NCBI GenBank assembly: GCA_001792115.1
Contig: MGFX01000001.1
Span: forward strand, 240,606 to 304,605
Length of the DNA stretch: 64,000 bases
Origin: Candidatus Woesebacteria bacterium RBG_16_42_24
Lineage (GTDB): Bacteria; Patescibacteriota; Microgenomatia; UBA8517
Direction of reading: 5' to 3'
The stretch's first letter is position 1, and every line of letters begins with the position of its first letter. Positions 48,115-57,418 of this stretch are shown here, piece after piece. The position numbers and the translations under genes were made by a program. A model generated the notes under the pieces. The model was not told the origin of the DNA, made no database searches, and worked only from the letters and a program-made list of their open reading frames with translations.

Positions 48115-49317
48115 ATGTATAACAGGCATAACCATCGCTCAAACGGACACGGAGGGGGAAGAAGGTTCCAAAACAGATTTCCCTCCAGAAGCCAAAAAAC
48201 TGACGCCGAAATCGTGAGAGCGATTCAAGCTATCCAAATTACAGAAGCCCAAGAAGGCGATAGCCCCCAGAGCGCCTATATCCCCAAAAACAGATTTGAA
48301 GATTTTGCAATATCCGGGCAGCTTAAGAAAAACATTTCAGATAAAAGGTATGTAACCCCTACTCCCATTCAGGATCAGGTAATACCGGCAATACTTCAAG
48401 GCTCGGACGTTATAGGAATTGCCAATACAGGAACGGGCAAAACCGCCGCATTCTTAATTCCTTTAATCGAAAAAGTCTGCAATGACAGAAGCCAGAAGGT
48501 ACTTATAATTACTCCCACCCGTGAGCTTGCCTTGCAAATTAACGAAGAACTTTATGGCTTCTCCTATGGTTTGGGAATTAAGAAGGCACTTTGTGTTGGG
48601 GGAATGAATGAAAGAAAGCAAAGATATGAATTGTCATGCATTCCCAATTTTGTAATAGGCACACCCGGGCGCTTAAGGGAATTTATTGAAAGTCGGGCAC
48701 TTCCTATTTCGGAGTTTAACAATATCGTAATTGATGAGGCAGACAGGATGGTAGACATAGGGTTTATCGCCGATATTAAGTATTTTATTTCGTGCCTTCC
48801 CCAAACTCGCCAGTCGCTTTTTTTCTCTGCAACAATTCCCCCTAAGGTAAAGCTGATTCTCGGATCTTTTGTTCGAAACCCGATAACGATTTCGGTAAAG
48901 CTAAAAGAAAGCATAGATAATATTAAGCAGGATATTATTAAGGTTACCGATAGCCAGGGGAAGGTGGACCAGCTAGAGAACATCCTTTCTCAGGAAGGCT
49001 TTAATAAGGTTCTTATTTTTGGACGTACAAAATGGGGAGTTCAGAGACTTTCGAATGAGCTTGTAAGGCGCGGCTTTAAGGCCGGGGCTATTCACGGAAA
49101 CAAAAACCAAAGTCAAAGGCAAAGGGTTTTGGATGACTTTAAAAATAGCAGAATCTCTATTCTTTTGGCTACGGACGTAGCTTCCCGGGGACTCGATATT
49201 GAGGATGTAAGTCACGTAATAAACTACGATTTACCGAATACCTTCGAAGATTATATTCATAGGATTGGAAGAACGGGCAGGGCAAACAAAAAAGGCGTTG
49301 CCTTAACCTTCGTTTAA
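48115..49317 (+). CDS. DEAD-box RNA helicase
   Basis: PTPIQ, TGTGKT, PTRELA, DEAD, SAT, SRGLD, HRIGRTGR. Confidence 0.96.
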   Translation: MYNRHNHRSNGHGGGRRFQNRFPSRSQKTDAEIVRAIQAIQITEAQEGDSPQSAYIPKNRFEDFAISGQLKKNISDKRYVTPTPIQDQVIPAILQGSDVIGIANTGTGKTAAFLIPLIEKVCNDRSQKVLIITPTRELALQINEELYGFSYGLGIKKALCVGGMNERKQRYELSCIPNFVIGTPGRLREFIESRALPISEFNNIVIDEADRMVDIGFIADIKYFISCLPQTRQSLFFSATIPPKVKLILGSFVRNPITISVKLKESIDNIKQDIIKVTDSQGKVDQLENILSQEGFNKVLIFGRTKWGVQRLSNELVRRGFKAGAIHGNKNQSQRQRVLDDFKNSRISILLATDVASRGLDIEDVSHVINYDLPNTFEDYIHRIGRTGRANKKGVALTFV

Positions 49318-49358
49318 AAACCAAAAAATTCGCCCCCGTTCTGGTATATGATACTTAT

Positions 49359-49697
49359 ATGGATGATTCGCTAGTTTGCCCCTCTTGTCATATTGAAGTA
49401 CGTTCAACCGATTATTTTTGCTACAACTGCGGCAAAAATCTTAAGCCCAAGCCTCTTTCTACTTCTTTAACCCAACAAATACTAATTTATTTGGGAAGCG
49501 TATTCCTGCCGCCCTTGGGGCTCGTCTGGGGAGTCCGTTACCTGCGCCAGGAAGATAACACTTCAAAAATTGTGGGGGTAATCTCTATTGTTTTAACCGC
49601 TATTACTTCGGTTTTATTAATAAAATTCACAAATGACCTGATAAAAACAGTAAACGAGCAGGTAAATAGCCAACTTCAAGAGATGCAAGGTTTTTAG
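49359..49697 (+). CDS. Zinc-ribbon membrane protein
   Basis: CPSC...CYNCG followed by two TM helices. Confidence 0.75.
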   Translation: MDDSLVCPSCHIEVRSTDYFCYNCGKNLKPKPLSTSLTQQILIYLGSVFLPPLGLVWGVRYLRQEDNTSKIVGVISIVLTAITSVLLIKFTNDLIKTVNEQVNSQLQEMQGF

Positions 49698-49772
49698 GAT
49701 AATCTTAGGACTATAGAAATATGTTCCCACATTGTAATTGTCACCTAATCCTCAGTATAATTTCATTACATT

Positions 49773-50015
49773 ATGAGTGAGCGCGAAGCAGACTTACGTT
49801 GCCCATTTGATGAAGAACGTCCGTGTCTCGATGGGTGCGAACTTCGGCCTTTCGTTTTGAGGATGTTGGCTATATATCATCATCTAGCCCCCCCGGATGA
49901 AGTAAGAAAATCAATTGTAACTTGTCCCTCAAGACGAGGGGACGGCGAGAGAGCAATAACTGGAGGGGTAAACAACCACATCAAAGAAAAATTTTGCCTG
50001 CATTCTAGGCATTAA
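49773..50015 (+). CDS. Small Cys-containing hypothetical protein
   Basis: TATAAT 49756-49761 upstream; CPFD...C...C. Confidence 0.5.
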   Translation: MSEREADLRCPFDEERPCLDGCELRPFVLRMLAIYHHLAPPDEVRKSIVTCPSRRGDGERAITGGVNNHIKEKFCLHSRH

Positions 50016-50058
50016 AAGAACTTCCTTCTTTGAAGCAAATTTGTGCTATACTTAGATA

Positions 50059-50238
50059 TTGAACTCAGATTCTCCAGTTGCTAAATTGATCGATACTTTC
50101 TTGCAAAGAGGAGGAAGGATAGATAAATATTATCTTCGAGGTACAAACCAATCAAAACGCTCCCTGGTTTATCTACACGGATGGTTTTCGGGGCAGAATA
50201 TCAAATCCGCAATCCTCAAAGCCTTCGGAAAGGTTTAG
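50059..50238 (+). CDS. Small hypothetical protein, 59 aa (not in ORF track)
   Basis: TATACT 50047-50052, TTG 50059: MNSDSPVAKLIDTFLQRGGRIDKYYLRG...AILKAFGKV*. Confidence 0.5.
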   Translation: MNSDSPVAKLIDTFLQRGGRIDKYYLRGTNQSKRSLVYLHGWFSGQNIKSAILKAFGKV

Positions 50239-50272
50239 AATAGCTAGAAGCAACTTAATCTTCTTAACTTGC

Positions 50273-50527
50273 TTATGCAGCTTTTTGGGAGATGTTATGG
50301 GTTCTTCTTTCTTTGGCTTCCGTTTGCCTTCTTACATTGGCCAGTTCTCTCTCGTCTCTTAATTTTTGATCTTTGACAAGCTGTCTATCCACAATTGTCT
50401 GACAATCGGGATCGGGACAGGCAGTAAGCTTGGTAACAATAAGCGAACTACCTATGTATTCTTTATAAGTTTTTACAACAACTCTTACTTTTCCGCACCT
50501 CATACAGACATTTAATCCCGTATTCAT
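50273..50527 (-). CDS. Small zinc-binding hypothetical protein
   Basis: CMRCGK...CPDPDC; co-oriented with the RRM gene. Confidence 0.7.
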   Translation of the reverse strand: MNTGLNVCMRCGKVRVVVKTYKEYIGSSLIVTKLTACPDPDCQTIVDRQLVKDQKLRDERELANVRRQTEAKERRTHNISQKAA

Positions 50528-50548
50528 ATAATCTTTTAGAGTGAATTT

Positions 50549-50860
50549 TTACCAGCGCCTAGATTGCCTTTGCCCTCCGCCTCCTCTGTCATATCCCGCG
50601 GAACTTCTTTCCTCTCGCGGCCTTGCTTCATTGACTATGATTTTTCTTCCACCAAAATCCTTACCGGAAAGCTCTTTTATAGCTTTATCGGCGTCTGCGT
50701 CATTTTTATATTCTACAAAACCGAATCCTTTTCCTTGACCGGAATATCTGTCGGTAATGACTGTTGCGCTTGCAACCTCACCAATTTCTGCGAAAAATTG
50801 ACTGAGTTCTGCGTCAGTAGCGGTGTAGGGAAGACCTCCTACGAATAATCTTTTTGCCAT
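50549..50860 (-). CDS. RRM RNA-binding protein
   Basis: RNP2 LFVGGL, RNP1 KGFGFVEY, Gly/Arg-rich tail. Confidence 0.95.
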   Translation of the reverse strand: MAKRLFVGGLPYTATDAELSQFFAEIGEVASATVITDRYSGQGKGFGFVEYKNDADADKAIKELSGKDFGGRKIIVNEARPREERSSAGYDRGGGGQRQSRRW

Positions 50861-50992
50861 TTATTATCTCACCACCTTTGTGTACTTACGTGAGGATTAT
50901 TCCATCTAAGAAGCTTTAAACCGCTTGGTAGAAGTAATCGTAACCTAAGTAACTAATGATACTTTATCATAAAAAATGTAAAATAGCAAAGT

Positions 50993-51664
50993 ATGTATAA
51001 ACTTTCTCCTTCCGATTTCAAATACCTTTACCAGGACTGCAAGCACTGCTACTACCAAAAGGTGAAAAAGGGAATTACCCTGCCCTCAATCGGAATGCCC
51101 GGAGTTTTTTCCAAAATGAATTCACTTCTACAATCGGCGATTATGGGAATGAATCTAAAGGATGTAAATTCCGAACTCCCATCAGGAATAATCGAAGTTA
51201 AGGAAGGATTTCTGCGATCCGCCCCAATTCCGCCCTCCAAAAAGTCCTTTATAAGTGGGCGATTCGACATTACTTCGAAACTTGAGGGCGGCTCAATTGC
51301 CGTAATTGACTTTAAAATTACCGACCCGACAGAGGAAAAAATCCAAAAATACTCAAGTCAGCTCCATGCCTATAAATTCTCCCTCGAAAACCCGTCTTAT
51401 GGTGAGGCCAAAAAGGTGGCCAAGATGGGAATTATAGCCATAAACCCGGAAGACATTTCTTTTCCGGGGGATAAAGTAATTTTTAAGGCAACCCCGACCT
51501 GGTTTGAAATAAAGGAAGATATGGATAGTTTTTATAATTTCATATCCGAAGTAACAGAGCTTTTGGAAGGACCCACCCCTAAAGAAAATCCTGATTGTGC
51601 GTGGTGCAAATACCGCCTCTGTTTCGCCCACCCCGAAGCCACACAGGATGAGATTCCTTTTTGA
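50993..51664 (+). CDS. PD-(D/E)XK nuclease (PDDEXK_1 / Cas4-like)
   Basis: LSPS, CKHC, GRFD, IDFK, QLHAY, CAWC. Confidence 0.8.
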   Translation: MYKLSPSDFKYLYQDCKHCYYQKVKKGITLPSIGMPGVFSKMNSLLQSAIMGMNLKDVNSELPSGIIEVKEGFLRSAPIPPSKKSFISGRFDITSKLEGGSIAVIDFKITDPTEEKIQKYSSQLHAYKFSLENPSYGEAKKVAKMGIIAINPEDISFPGDKVIFKATPTWFEIKEDMDSFYNFISEVTELLEGPTPKENPDCAWCKYRLCFAHPEATQDEIPF

Positions 51665-51679
51665 GTTCTCCGAACCCAA

Positions 51680-51708
51680 TTGACGTCTGAAGCTAAATGA
51701 TTTATAAT
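51680..51708 (+). promoter_or_regulatory. sigma70 promoter for the rplC operon
   Basis: TTGACG, 17 nt, TATAAT. Confidence 0.75.
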
Positions 51709-51774
51709 CTTGGCATCAATGGAGGTGACTAGCCAGAAATAACCTCTACATAAGAAGTAGGATGTGCCAGTTGA

Positions 51775-51797
51775 GGGCGCCTCCGGCGCCTTTTTTT
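51775..51797 (+). terminator. Leader terminator/attenuator before rplC
   Basis: agggcgcc-tcc-ggcgcc followed by T7. Confidence 0.6.
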
Positions 51798-51808
51798 GTG
51801 AGAAAAAG

Positions 51809-52702
51809 ATGATCAATGCTATTTTAGCCTCAAAAGGGAAAATGGGAGCGGCCTTCGTCAAAGGCCGAAGGTTTGCTGTGACAAAAGTTCTGGCCGGCCC
51901 GTGCGTGGTCATCCAGGTTAAAAAAATGGAAAAAGACGGATATTGGGCGGTCCAGCTTGGCTTCGGAGAAAGAAGAATTAAGAATATTAGTAAGGCCATG
52001 CAAGGACACCTCAAGTTAAGTCAAAACTCAAAAGTCAAAACTCAAAGCTCTAATCTCAAATCTCAAAACACCCTCCCCAGATTTATAAGAGAGGTAAGGC
52101 TAGAAGAAGAACCAAAAATGAATGTTGGAGATGAAGTTAAAGCCTCCGACGTTTTTAATGTCGGAGATATTGTTAGTGTTTACGGCATTTCCAAGGGTAA
52201 GGGTTTTCAGGGAGTGGTAAAGCGCTGGGGATTTGCGGGGGGTCCCAGAACCCACGGACAATCTGACCGTGAGCGAGCACCGGGCTCAATCGGCCAAGGA
52301 ACAACTCCGGGCAGGGTTTATAAAGGTAAACATATGGCAGGAAGAATGGGAGGGGATAGTGTTACTGTTAAAAATTTGCAAGTGGTTTCTATTGAGCCTG
52401 AAACAGGACTGATTGAGATTTCGGGTCCTGTACCGGGGGATACGGGAGGCCTTCTTAAGATAACGAGAACAGCTAAGGGCGAGCTTGAAGGAATTCAGGA
52501 AGTAGCGGCCCAGGTTGTAGAAGGAGAGCCCTCCTCCGCCGAGGCTACGGAGGACAAGGTCCCCGCCGACGCTGGCCTGCCTGCCGGCAAGGCAGGAGCT
52601 GTGGCGGGCAAGCCCGCCGACGAGGCTCCAACCGAAAGCGGCGCACCCGCCGCAACTAAAGAGGTCCCAGCTGCTAAAGGAGGTCAAAGTGACAAAAGCT
52701 AA
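51809..52702 (+). CDS. rplC: 50S ribosomal protein L3 with repeat-derived insertion and tail
   Basis: DGYWAVQLG, SKGKGFQGVVKRWG, RAPGSIG, MAGRMG; start ATG 51809. Confidence 0.97.
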   Translation: MINAILASKGKMGAAFVKGRRFAVTKVLAGPCVVIQVKKMEKDGYWAVQLGFGERRIKNISKAMQGHLKLSQNSKVKTQSSNLKSQNTLPRFIREVRLEEEPKMNVGDEVKASDVFNVGDIVSVYGISKGKGFQGVVKRWGFAGGPRTHGQSDRERAPGSIGQGTTPGRVYKGKHMAGRMGGDSVTVKNLQVVSIEPETGLIEISGPVPGDTGGLLKITRTAKGELEGIQEVAAQVVEGEPSSAEATEDKVPADAGLPAGKAGAVAGKPADEAPTESGAPAATKEVPAAKGGQSDKS

Positions 52703-53357
52703 TGTCTATTCGGCAAAAGGCGTAAAGAGCGGAAGCGTAAATCTTCCCAAAGATTTTAATGAGAATCAGAATTTAGCGCTTTTGGCGCAAGCAATTCGGG
52801 TTCAGACCGCACGCGCCCATATCGGACTCGCTAAAGTCAAAACCCGAGCCGAGGTTGATAGAACCAAAAAGAAAGTCTATCGCCAAAAAGGTACAGGAGG
52901 TGCAAGGCACGGAAGCCGAAGTGCCCCTATTTATGTTGGCGGTGGAGTTGCCCACGGCCCCAAGGGAGTAAAAAGGGAGCTGACTCTCCCCAAGATTCTC
53001 GCCAAAAAGGCTTTAAATATTGCCCTGACGCTTAAGGCAAAAGACGGGGAAGTAGTTGTCGTAAATGGCCTGGGGGCAATAGCAAAAACAAAGGAAATAC
53101 AGAGTTTAATCGATAAAATTAAAAAAACTAGGGAGTTAAAGAAGGGACGATTTACGTTTGCATTAGCTAACACTAACCTTGAGAGCCGAAGGAGCCTGAA
53201 AAATCTTGAAGGAGTTGCGGTCTTGCCTTACGAAAATCTTAACGCATACAGGGTATTTTACGGGGGAGTTTTGGTTTTAGATAAAGATGTTTTTACTAAG
53301 AAACCCAAAACTTTAAACTCTAAACTCAAAACCACTAAGATAGAAATAAATAAATGA
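52689..53357 (+). CDS. rplD: 50S ribosomal protein L4
   Basis: KTRAEV, RQKGTGGARHGS, GGGVAHGP. Confidence 0.97.
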   Translation: MTKANVYSAKGVKSGSVNLPKDFNENQNLALLAQAIRVQTARAHIGLAKVKTRAEVDRTKKKVYRQKGTGGARHGSRSAPIYVGGGVAHGPKGVKRELTLPKILAKKALNIALTLKAKDGEVVVVNGLGAIAKTKEIQSLIDKIKKTRELKKGRFTFALANTNLESRRSLKNLEGVAVLPYENLNAYRVFYGGVLVLDKDVFTKKPKTLNSKLKTTKIEINK

Positions 53358-53638
53358 AATTAATTCCAATAATTACTGAAAAAAGTTTGAGGGACGCAAA
53401 AGTTGGTAGATACACCTTTAGCGTTGACCGTCACTTAAGAAAGCCCGAGATAAAAAAAGCCATTGATGAGGCATTCGGCGTCCATGTGGTGAGCATTCAA
53501 ACGTCAAAAATTGGCGGAAGCCAGAAAAGAAACATGAGGGGCTATCAACAAAGGACTTTGGCCGAAAAAAGAGCCAGGGTTACTTTAAAAGAAAAAGAAT
53601 CAATTGATTTATTTGAAGAGAAAAAATCAGCCAAATGA
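53354..53638 (+). CDS. rplW: 50S ribosomal protein L23
   Basis: PIITEKS, K.EIKKAI...FGV; gene order. Confidence 0.93.
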   Translation: MKLIPIITEKSLRDAKVGRYTFSVDRHLRKPEIKKAIDEAFGVHVVSIQTSKIGGSQKRNMRGYQQRTLAEKRARVTLKEKESIDLFEEKKSAK

Positions 53639-54384
53639 AAAATTTAAAAAGAATATTGGCAAAAAATAGCGGAAGAAGCGCAGGATCCCTGACGATTAGG
53701 CATCAAGGTGGCCGACAAAAAAGATTTTTGCGAGACATTGACTTTGAAAGAGATAAAATTGGTGTGACAGGAAGGGTGGAGACAATCGAATACGACCCCA
53801 ATCGTTCGGCAAATATTGCACTCGTTGTCTATGAGGATGGGGATAGGCGTTACATCTTAGCCCCAAACGGTATGGAAATTGGTCAAAAAGTAATCAGCGG
53901 CCCCTCCGCTCCCATTGAGATGGGAAATGCGATACCTTTGGGGAAAATCCCGATAGGAACAGGAATTCATAACCTCGAGGTCAGACATGGTAAAGGCGGG
54001 CAGCTGGTTAAATCCGCAGGGTCTCTCGCGCATGTACAGGGAAAAGAGGGGAACTTTGTACTTGTAAAGCTTCCTTCCGGGGAGGTAAGGCGTTTTGACC
54101 CAGAAGCGTATGCAACAGTCGGTCAAGTGGGCAGGGTTGAGGCCAAAACCGAGCACATAGGGAGTGCAGGAAGAAAAAGAAGGATGGGTATAAGGCCGAC
54201 CGTAAGAGGGGTTGCCATGCACCCGGGTGCCCACCCCCACGGAGGAGGAGAGGGAAGAAGCCACATTGGTTTGAAGTATCAAAAGACTGTTTATGGAAAG
54301 CGAGCAGTTGGAAAAACAAGAAGAAGAAAGAAATATTCCGATAAATTAATCGTTTCGGGAAGGAGCTTCGGGCCCCACCATTAA
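53635..54384 (+). CDS. rplB: 50S ribosomal protein L2 (N-terminally short)
   Basis: [30 protein letters not shown]. Confidence 0.97.
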   Translation: MKNLKRILAKNSGRSAGSLTIRHQGGRQKRFLRDIDFERDKIGVTGRVETIEYDPNRSANIALVVYEDGDRRYILAPNGMEIGQKVISGPSAPIEMGNAIPLGKIPIGTGIHNLEVRHGKGGQLVKSAGSLAHVQGKEGNFVLVKLPSGEVRRFDPEAYATVGQVGRVEAKTEHIGSAGRKRRMGIRPTVRGVAMHPGAHPHGGGEGRSHIGLKYQKTVYGKRAVGKTRRRKKYSDKLIVSGRSFGPHH

Positions 54385-54385
54385 C

Positions 54386-54667
54386 ATGAGTAGGAGTTCA
54401 AAAAAAGGACCATTTGTTGATGCCAACCTTGCCAGGAAGGTTGCGGTTGGCATGGGGACTAAAGAGGCCCCGATTAAAACTTGGTCCCGCTCGTCCCAAA
54501 TTCCTCCGGAATTTGTGGGCAAGTACTTTCAGGTCCATAACGGCCGAATATTTATCGACGTTTTTGTAACGGAAGATATGGTGGGACATAGACTCGGAGA
54601 ATTTGCTCCGACCCGAACATTTAGAGGACACGGAGAAATTGTTAAGCGAATTTTAGAAAAGACATAA
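54386..54667 (+). CDS. rpsS: 30S ribosomal protein S19
   Basis: [24 protein letters not shown]. Confidence 0.98.
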   Translation: MSRSSKKGPFVDANLARKVAVGMGTKEAPIKTWSRSSQIPPEFVGKYFQVHNGRIFIDVFVTEDMVGHRLGEFAPTRTFRGHGEIVKRILEKT

Positions 54668-54672
54668 AGAAT

Positions 54673-55086
54673 ATGGAAATAATTGCGACACAGAAATATT
54701 TAATCACTTCTCCCAAGAAATTGAGGGAAGTGGCGGCTGTTGCCAAAAAGCTTTCGCCAATACGGGCAATTGAGATCTTGCCTTTTATCGGAAAACGCGC
54801 CGCAACTCCCCTCTTAAAGGTGATAAAGAATGCAATCGCCAGTGCCAAGGCGAAGGGTAGCAGCGAGGGGGAACTTGCTTTTAAAGAAATTCAAATAGGC
54901 GAAGGCCCGAGACTCAAAAGGTTCAGGGCCGGAGCCCATGGCCGGGCCAAGCCTTATAAGAGGCGGATGAGCCACATCCGAGTTGTGCTAACAACTCAGA
55001 ATTCCCAAATTCCAGTTTCCAAATCCCAAATAAATTCAAATGCCCAAAATTCTAGTGCGGAAAAGAAAAAGGAGGGGAAGAAATAA
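54673..55086 (+). CDS. rplV: 50S ribosomal protein L22 with a 7-mer-repeat-derived tail
   Basis: SPKKLR, GPRLKRFR, SHIRVVL. Confidence 0.95.
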   Translation: MEIIATQKYLITSPKKLREVAAVAKKLSPIRAIEILPFIGKRAATPLLKVIKNAIASAKAKGSSEGELAFKEIQIGEGPRLKRFRAGAHGRAKPYKRRMSHIRVVLTTQNSQIPVSKSQINSNAQNSSAEKKKEGKK

Positions 55087-55089
55087 CCC

Positions 55090-55739
55090 GTGGGACAAAA
55101 AATTAATCCGGTGGGAATGAGGATTGGGAGCTTTCTGCCTTGGAAGTCGCGTTGGTTTGTCGAAGGTGAAAAGTACAAAGAGTTTTTGTGGAAGACGTCA
55201 GAATTAGATATGCACTTATGGATAAGCTTAAACTCGCAGGAATAACGTCTGTTGAAATTGAGAGGCTTCCCAAATCCATGGTTCTTAATTTAACCGTATC
55301 GCGCCCCGGAGTTGTAATAGGTAGAGGTGGGTCCGGAATTGAGGAGGTTAAAAAATACGTTTTGGGAATTATAAAGAATGTTCGAGGCGAACTTCCCAAA
55401 GACTTGAAGATCGATTTAAAGGTTACCGAAGTAAAAAATCCTGAAATTTCGGCACATTTAGTTGCTTCAAGAATTGCTGGGGAGCTCGAGCGAAGGATGC
55501 CCCACAGGCGAGTGGTATCTAAAGCGACCGAAAGAGTCATGGCGGGAGGCGCCTTGGGAGTGAAGGTCGTCTTGGGTGGAAGAATCGGCGGAGCTGAAAT
55601 TTCGAGAGTCGAAAAATTCCAGATGGGTTCGGTTCCGACGCAAACATTAAGAGAAACAATAGATTATGCTCAAATACCGGCACTATTAAAAAGAGGATAC
55701 GTCGGAGTAAAAGTCTGGATCCACAGGAAGGAAGAGTAA
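55090..55739 (+). CDS. rpsC: 30S ribosomal protein S3, apparent 1-nt frameshift at the T5 run 55183-55187
   Basis: GTG 55090 frame gives MGQKINPVGMRIG..WKSRWF; EDVRIR...RPGVVIG...GRIGGAEI continues in the -1 frame. Confidence 0.92.
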
Positions 55740-56147
55740 ATGCTTGAACCAAAAAGACAAAAATACAGGAAGGCTTTTAGAGGAAAAAGAAGGGGAGTTG
55801 CCACCCGTGGCGTGACACTATCATTCGGTGAGTTTGGCCTTAAGTCCTTGGGTCGCGGCTGGCTGGCGAGTCGCCAGATTGAGGCGGCCAGAAAAGCGAT
55901 AACACATGTACTCAAGAAAGGCGGAAGAGTCTGGATAAGGGTTTTTCCGGATAAACCGGTTACTTCCCGTCCTGCAGGGAAAAGGATGGGGAGCGGCAAG
56001 GGGGAGATTGATAGGTATGTAGCGGTAGTAATTCCCGGGCGCATCCTCTTTGAAATTGCCGGAACTACAAAAGAAATTGCAAAAACGGCCTTTGAGAGGG
56101 CGTCAAATAAATTGCCATTTAATACTAAGTTCATATCAAAGGAGTAA
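55740..56147 (+). CDS. rplP: 50S ribosomal protein L16
   Basis: [21 protein letters not shown]. Confidence 0.98.
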   Translation: MLEPKRQKYRKAFRGKRRGVATRGVTLSFGEFGLKSLGRGWLASRQIEAARKAITHVLKKGGRVWIRVFPDKPVTSRPAGKRMGSGKGEIDRYVAVVIPGRILFEIAGTTKEIAKTAFERASNKLPFNTKFISKE

Positions 56148-56149
56148 AA

Positions 56150-56371
56150 ATGAAGAAAAAGGACAAGGAAGTTATAAGGACAAAAGATATAGGCGAAGTC
56201 AAAAAGACACTCGCCGAGCGTAAAGCAGAGCTTAAAAAGGTGATCGCAGAGGTTTATGGCGGCAAGGAGAAGAATTTGAAAAAAGCTAAGAATCTAAGGC
56301 GCGAAATTGCCCAAATTCTGACGATATTAAGAGAAAGAGAAATATTAGACGTGGAGGCCAAAAAGGAATGA
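56150..56371 (+). CDS. rpmC: 50S ribosomal protein L29
   Basis: RREIAQILT; gene order. Confidence 0.85.
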   Translation: MKKKDKEVIRTKDIGEVKKTLAERKAELKKVIAEVYGGKEKNLKKAKNLRREIAQILTILREREILDVEAKKE

Positions 56372-56628
56372 AAATTTTCAAAGGAAAGGTAATTGCGACA
56401 AATATGGCTAAAACCGCGACCGTCTTGGTGGAGAGGATTGTGATACACCCAATTTATGGCAAGAGGTTTAAAAGGGCCAGAAAATATCTCGTACATGATG
56501 AACTAGGGGCCCAAAAGGGAAATGCCGTAAAGTTTGTCGCCTCAAAACCTTATAGCAGATTAAAGAAATGGAAAATTCTAGAGATACTGGATAAAAAGGT
56601 AGAGAGGAAAGAAGCCCCCAAAAAATAA
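56368..56628 (+). CDS. rpsQ: 30S ribosomal protein S17
   Basis: KTATV, HPIYGK, HDE, KPYSRLK. Confidence 0.95.
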   Translation: MKIFKGKVIATNMAKTATVLVERIVIHPIYGKRFKRARKYLVHDELGAQKGNAVKFVASKPYSRLKKWKILEILDKKVERKEAPKK

Positions 56629-56643
56629 ACGGGGATTAAAGTT

Positions 56644-57009
56644 ATGATTCAATTAAGGACAATATTAACCCCTGCCGACAATTCCGGCGCAAAGCGCTTG
56701 ATGGTCATTGGCGTGCCCGCCAGGGTAGGTAGAATTGCCAGACTCGGAGACGTGGTTTTATGCGTAGTTCAAAGTGCCGATCCGGCCGGAGTAGTAACCG
56801 ATAGCGAAAAGGTAAGGGTATTAATTGTCAGGACGAAAAAAGAGGTCAGGCGTCAGGACGGAACATATATTCGTTTCGACGACAACGCCGGGGTCGTAAT
56901 TGACAAACAAGGCCTACCCCGGGGAACCAGAATTTTGGGGCCGGTCGCGCGAGAAGTAAAAGAAGTGGGTTATAACAAAATTGCCTCGCTGGCTAGGGAG
57001 GTGGTATGA
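56644..57009 (+). CDS. rplN: 50S ribosomal protein L14
   Basis: ADNSGAK, RFDDNA, GTRILGPVARE. Confidence 0.98.
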   Translation: MIQLRTILTPADNSGAKRLMVIGVPARVGRIARLGDVVLCVVQSADPAGVVTDSEKVRVLIVRTKKEVRRQDGTYIRFDDNAGVVIDKQGLPRGTRILGPVAREVKEVGYNKIASLAREVV

Positions 57010-57060
57010 GAAAAATTCCAAATTCCAATTTCCAAATTCCAAATAAAAACAGGCAACTTG

Positions 57061-57088
57061 TCCTGAGCGACCGAAGGGAGTCGAAGGA
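57061..57088. repeat. Family-A palindromic repeat abutting the rplX start, preceded by 7-mer repeats
   Basis: tcctgagcgaccgaagggagtcgaagga. Confidence 0.7.
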
Positions 57089-57402
57089 TGTTGAAGTTTA
57101 AAGTCGGAGACAATGTCAGAATAACTCTCGGGAAAGACAAAGGTCGGGAAGGGAAGATTGAGAGAATTTTCCCCAAGGACCTTACGGTTCTTATCCCGGG
57201 GTTAAATATTTATAAAAGGCACATTAAAGGCGCAAGCGGCCAAAAGGGCGGGATATATGAAATTCCAAGACCCTTTACATTAGGGAAAATCGCCCTTATT
57301 TGTCCTAAATGCAAGAAGGTAACCCGGGTCGGTTTTAGGCTGGCGGGCGAAGAAAAAGTGAGGATTTGTAGAAAGTGCAGAAAGGAAATAGACAGTAAGT
57401 AA
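57088..57402 (+). CDS. rplX: 50S ribosomal protein L24
   Basis: KVGDNV...GKDKG; C-terminal CPKC/CRKC. Confidence 0.95.
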   Translation: MLKFKVGDNVRITLGKDKGREGKIERIFPKDLTVLIPGLNIYKRHIKGASGQKGGIYEIPRPFTLGKIALICPKCKKVTRVGFRLAGEEKVRICRKCRKEIDSK

Positions 57403-57418
57403 GTGATAAGGAGTAAAT

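Larger units (their letters stand above)
35005..51670. mobile_element. Accessory/defence island inserted between rpsJ and rplC (no integrase or transposase seen)
   Basis: rpsJ and rplC are normally adjacent; the interval holds TA pairs, R-M, an RT and DUF3800 genes; AT-rich core; rpsJ-end duplicates at the left boundary. Confidence 0.7.

Noticed and set aside
50993-51664. Cas4 as part of a CRISPR-Cas system
   Set aside because: Solo PD-(D/E)XK nuclease with no array or other cas genes.
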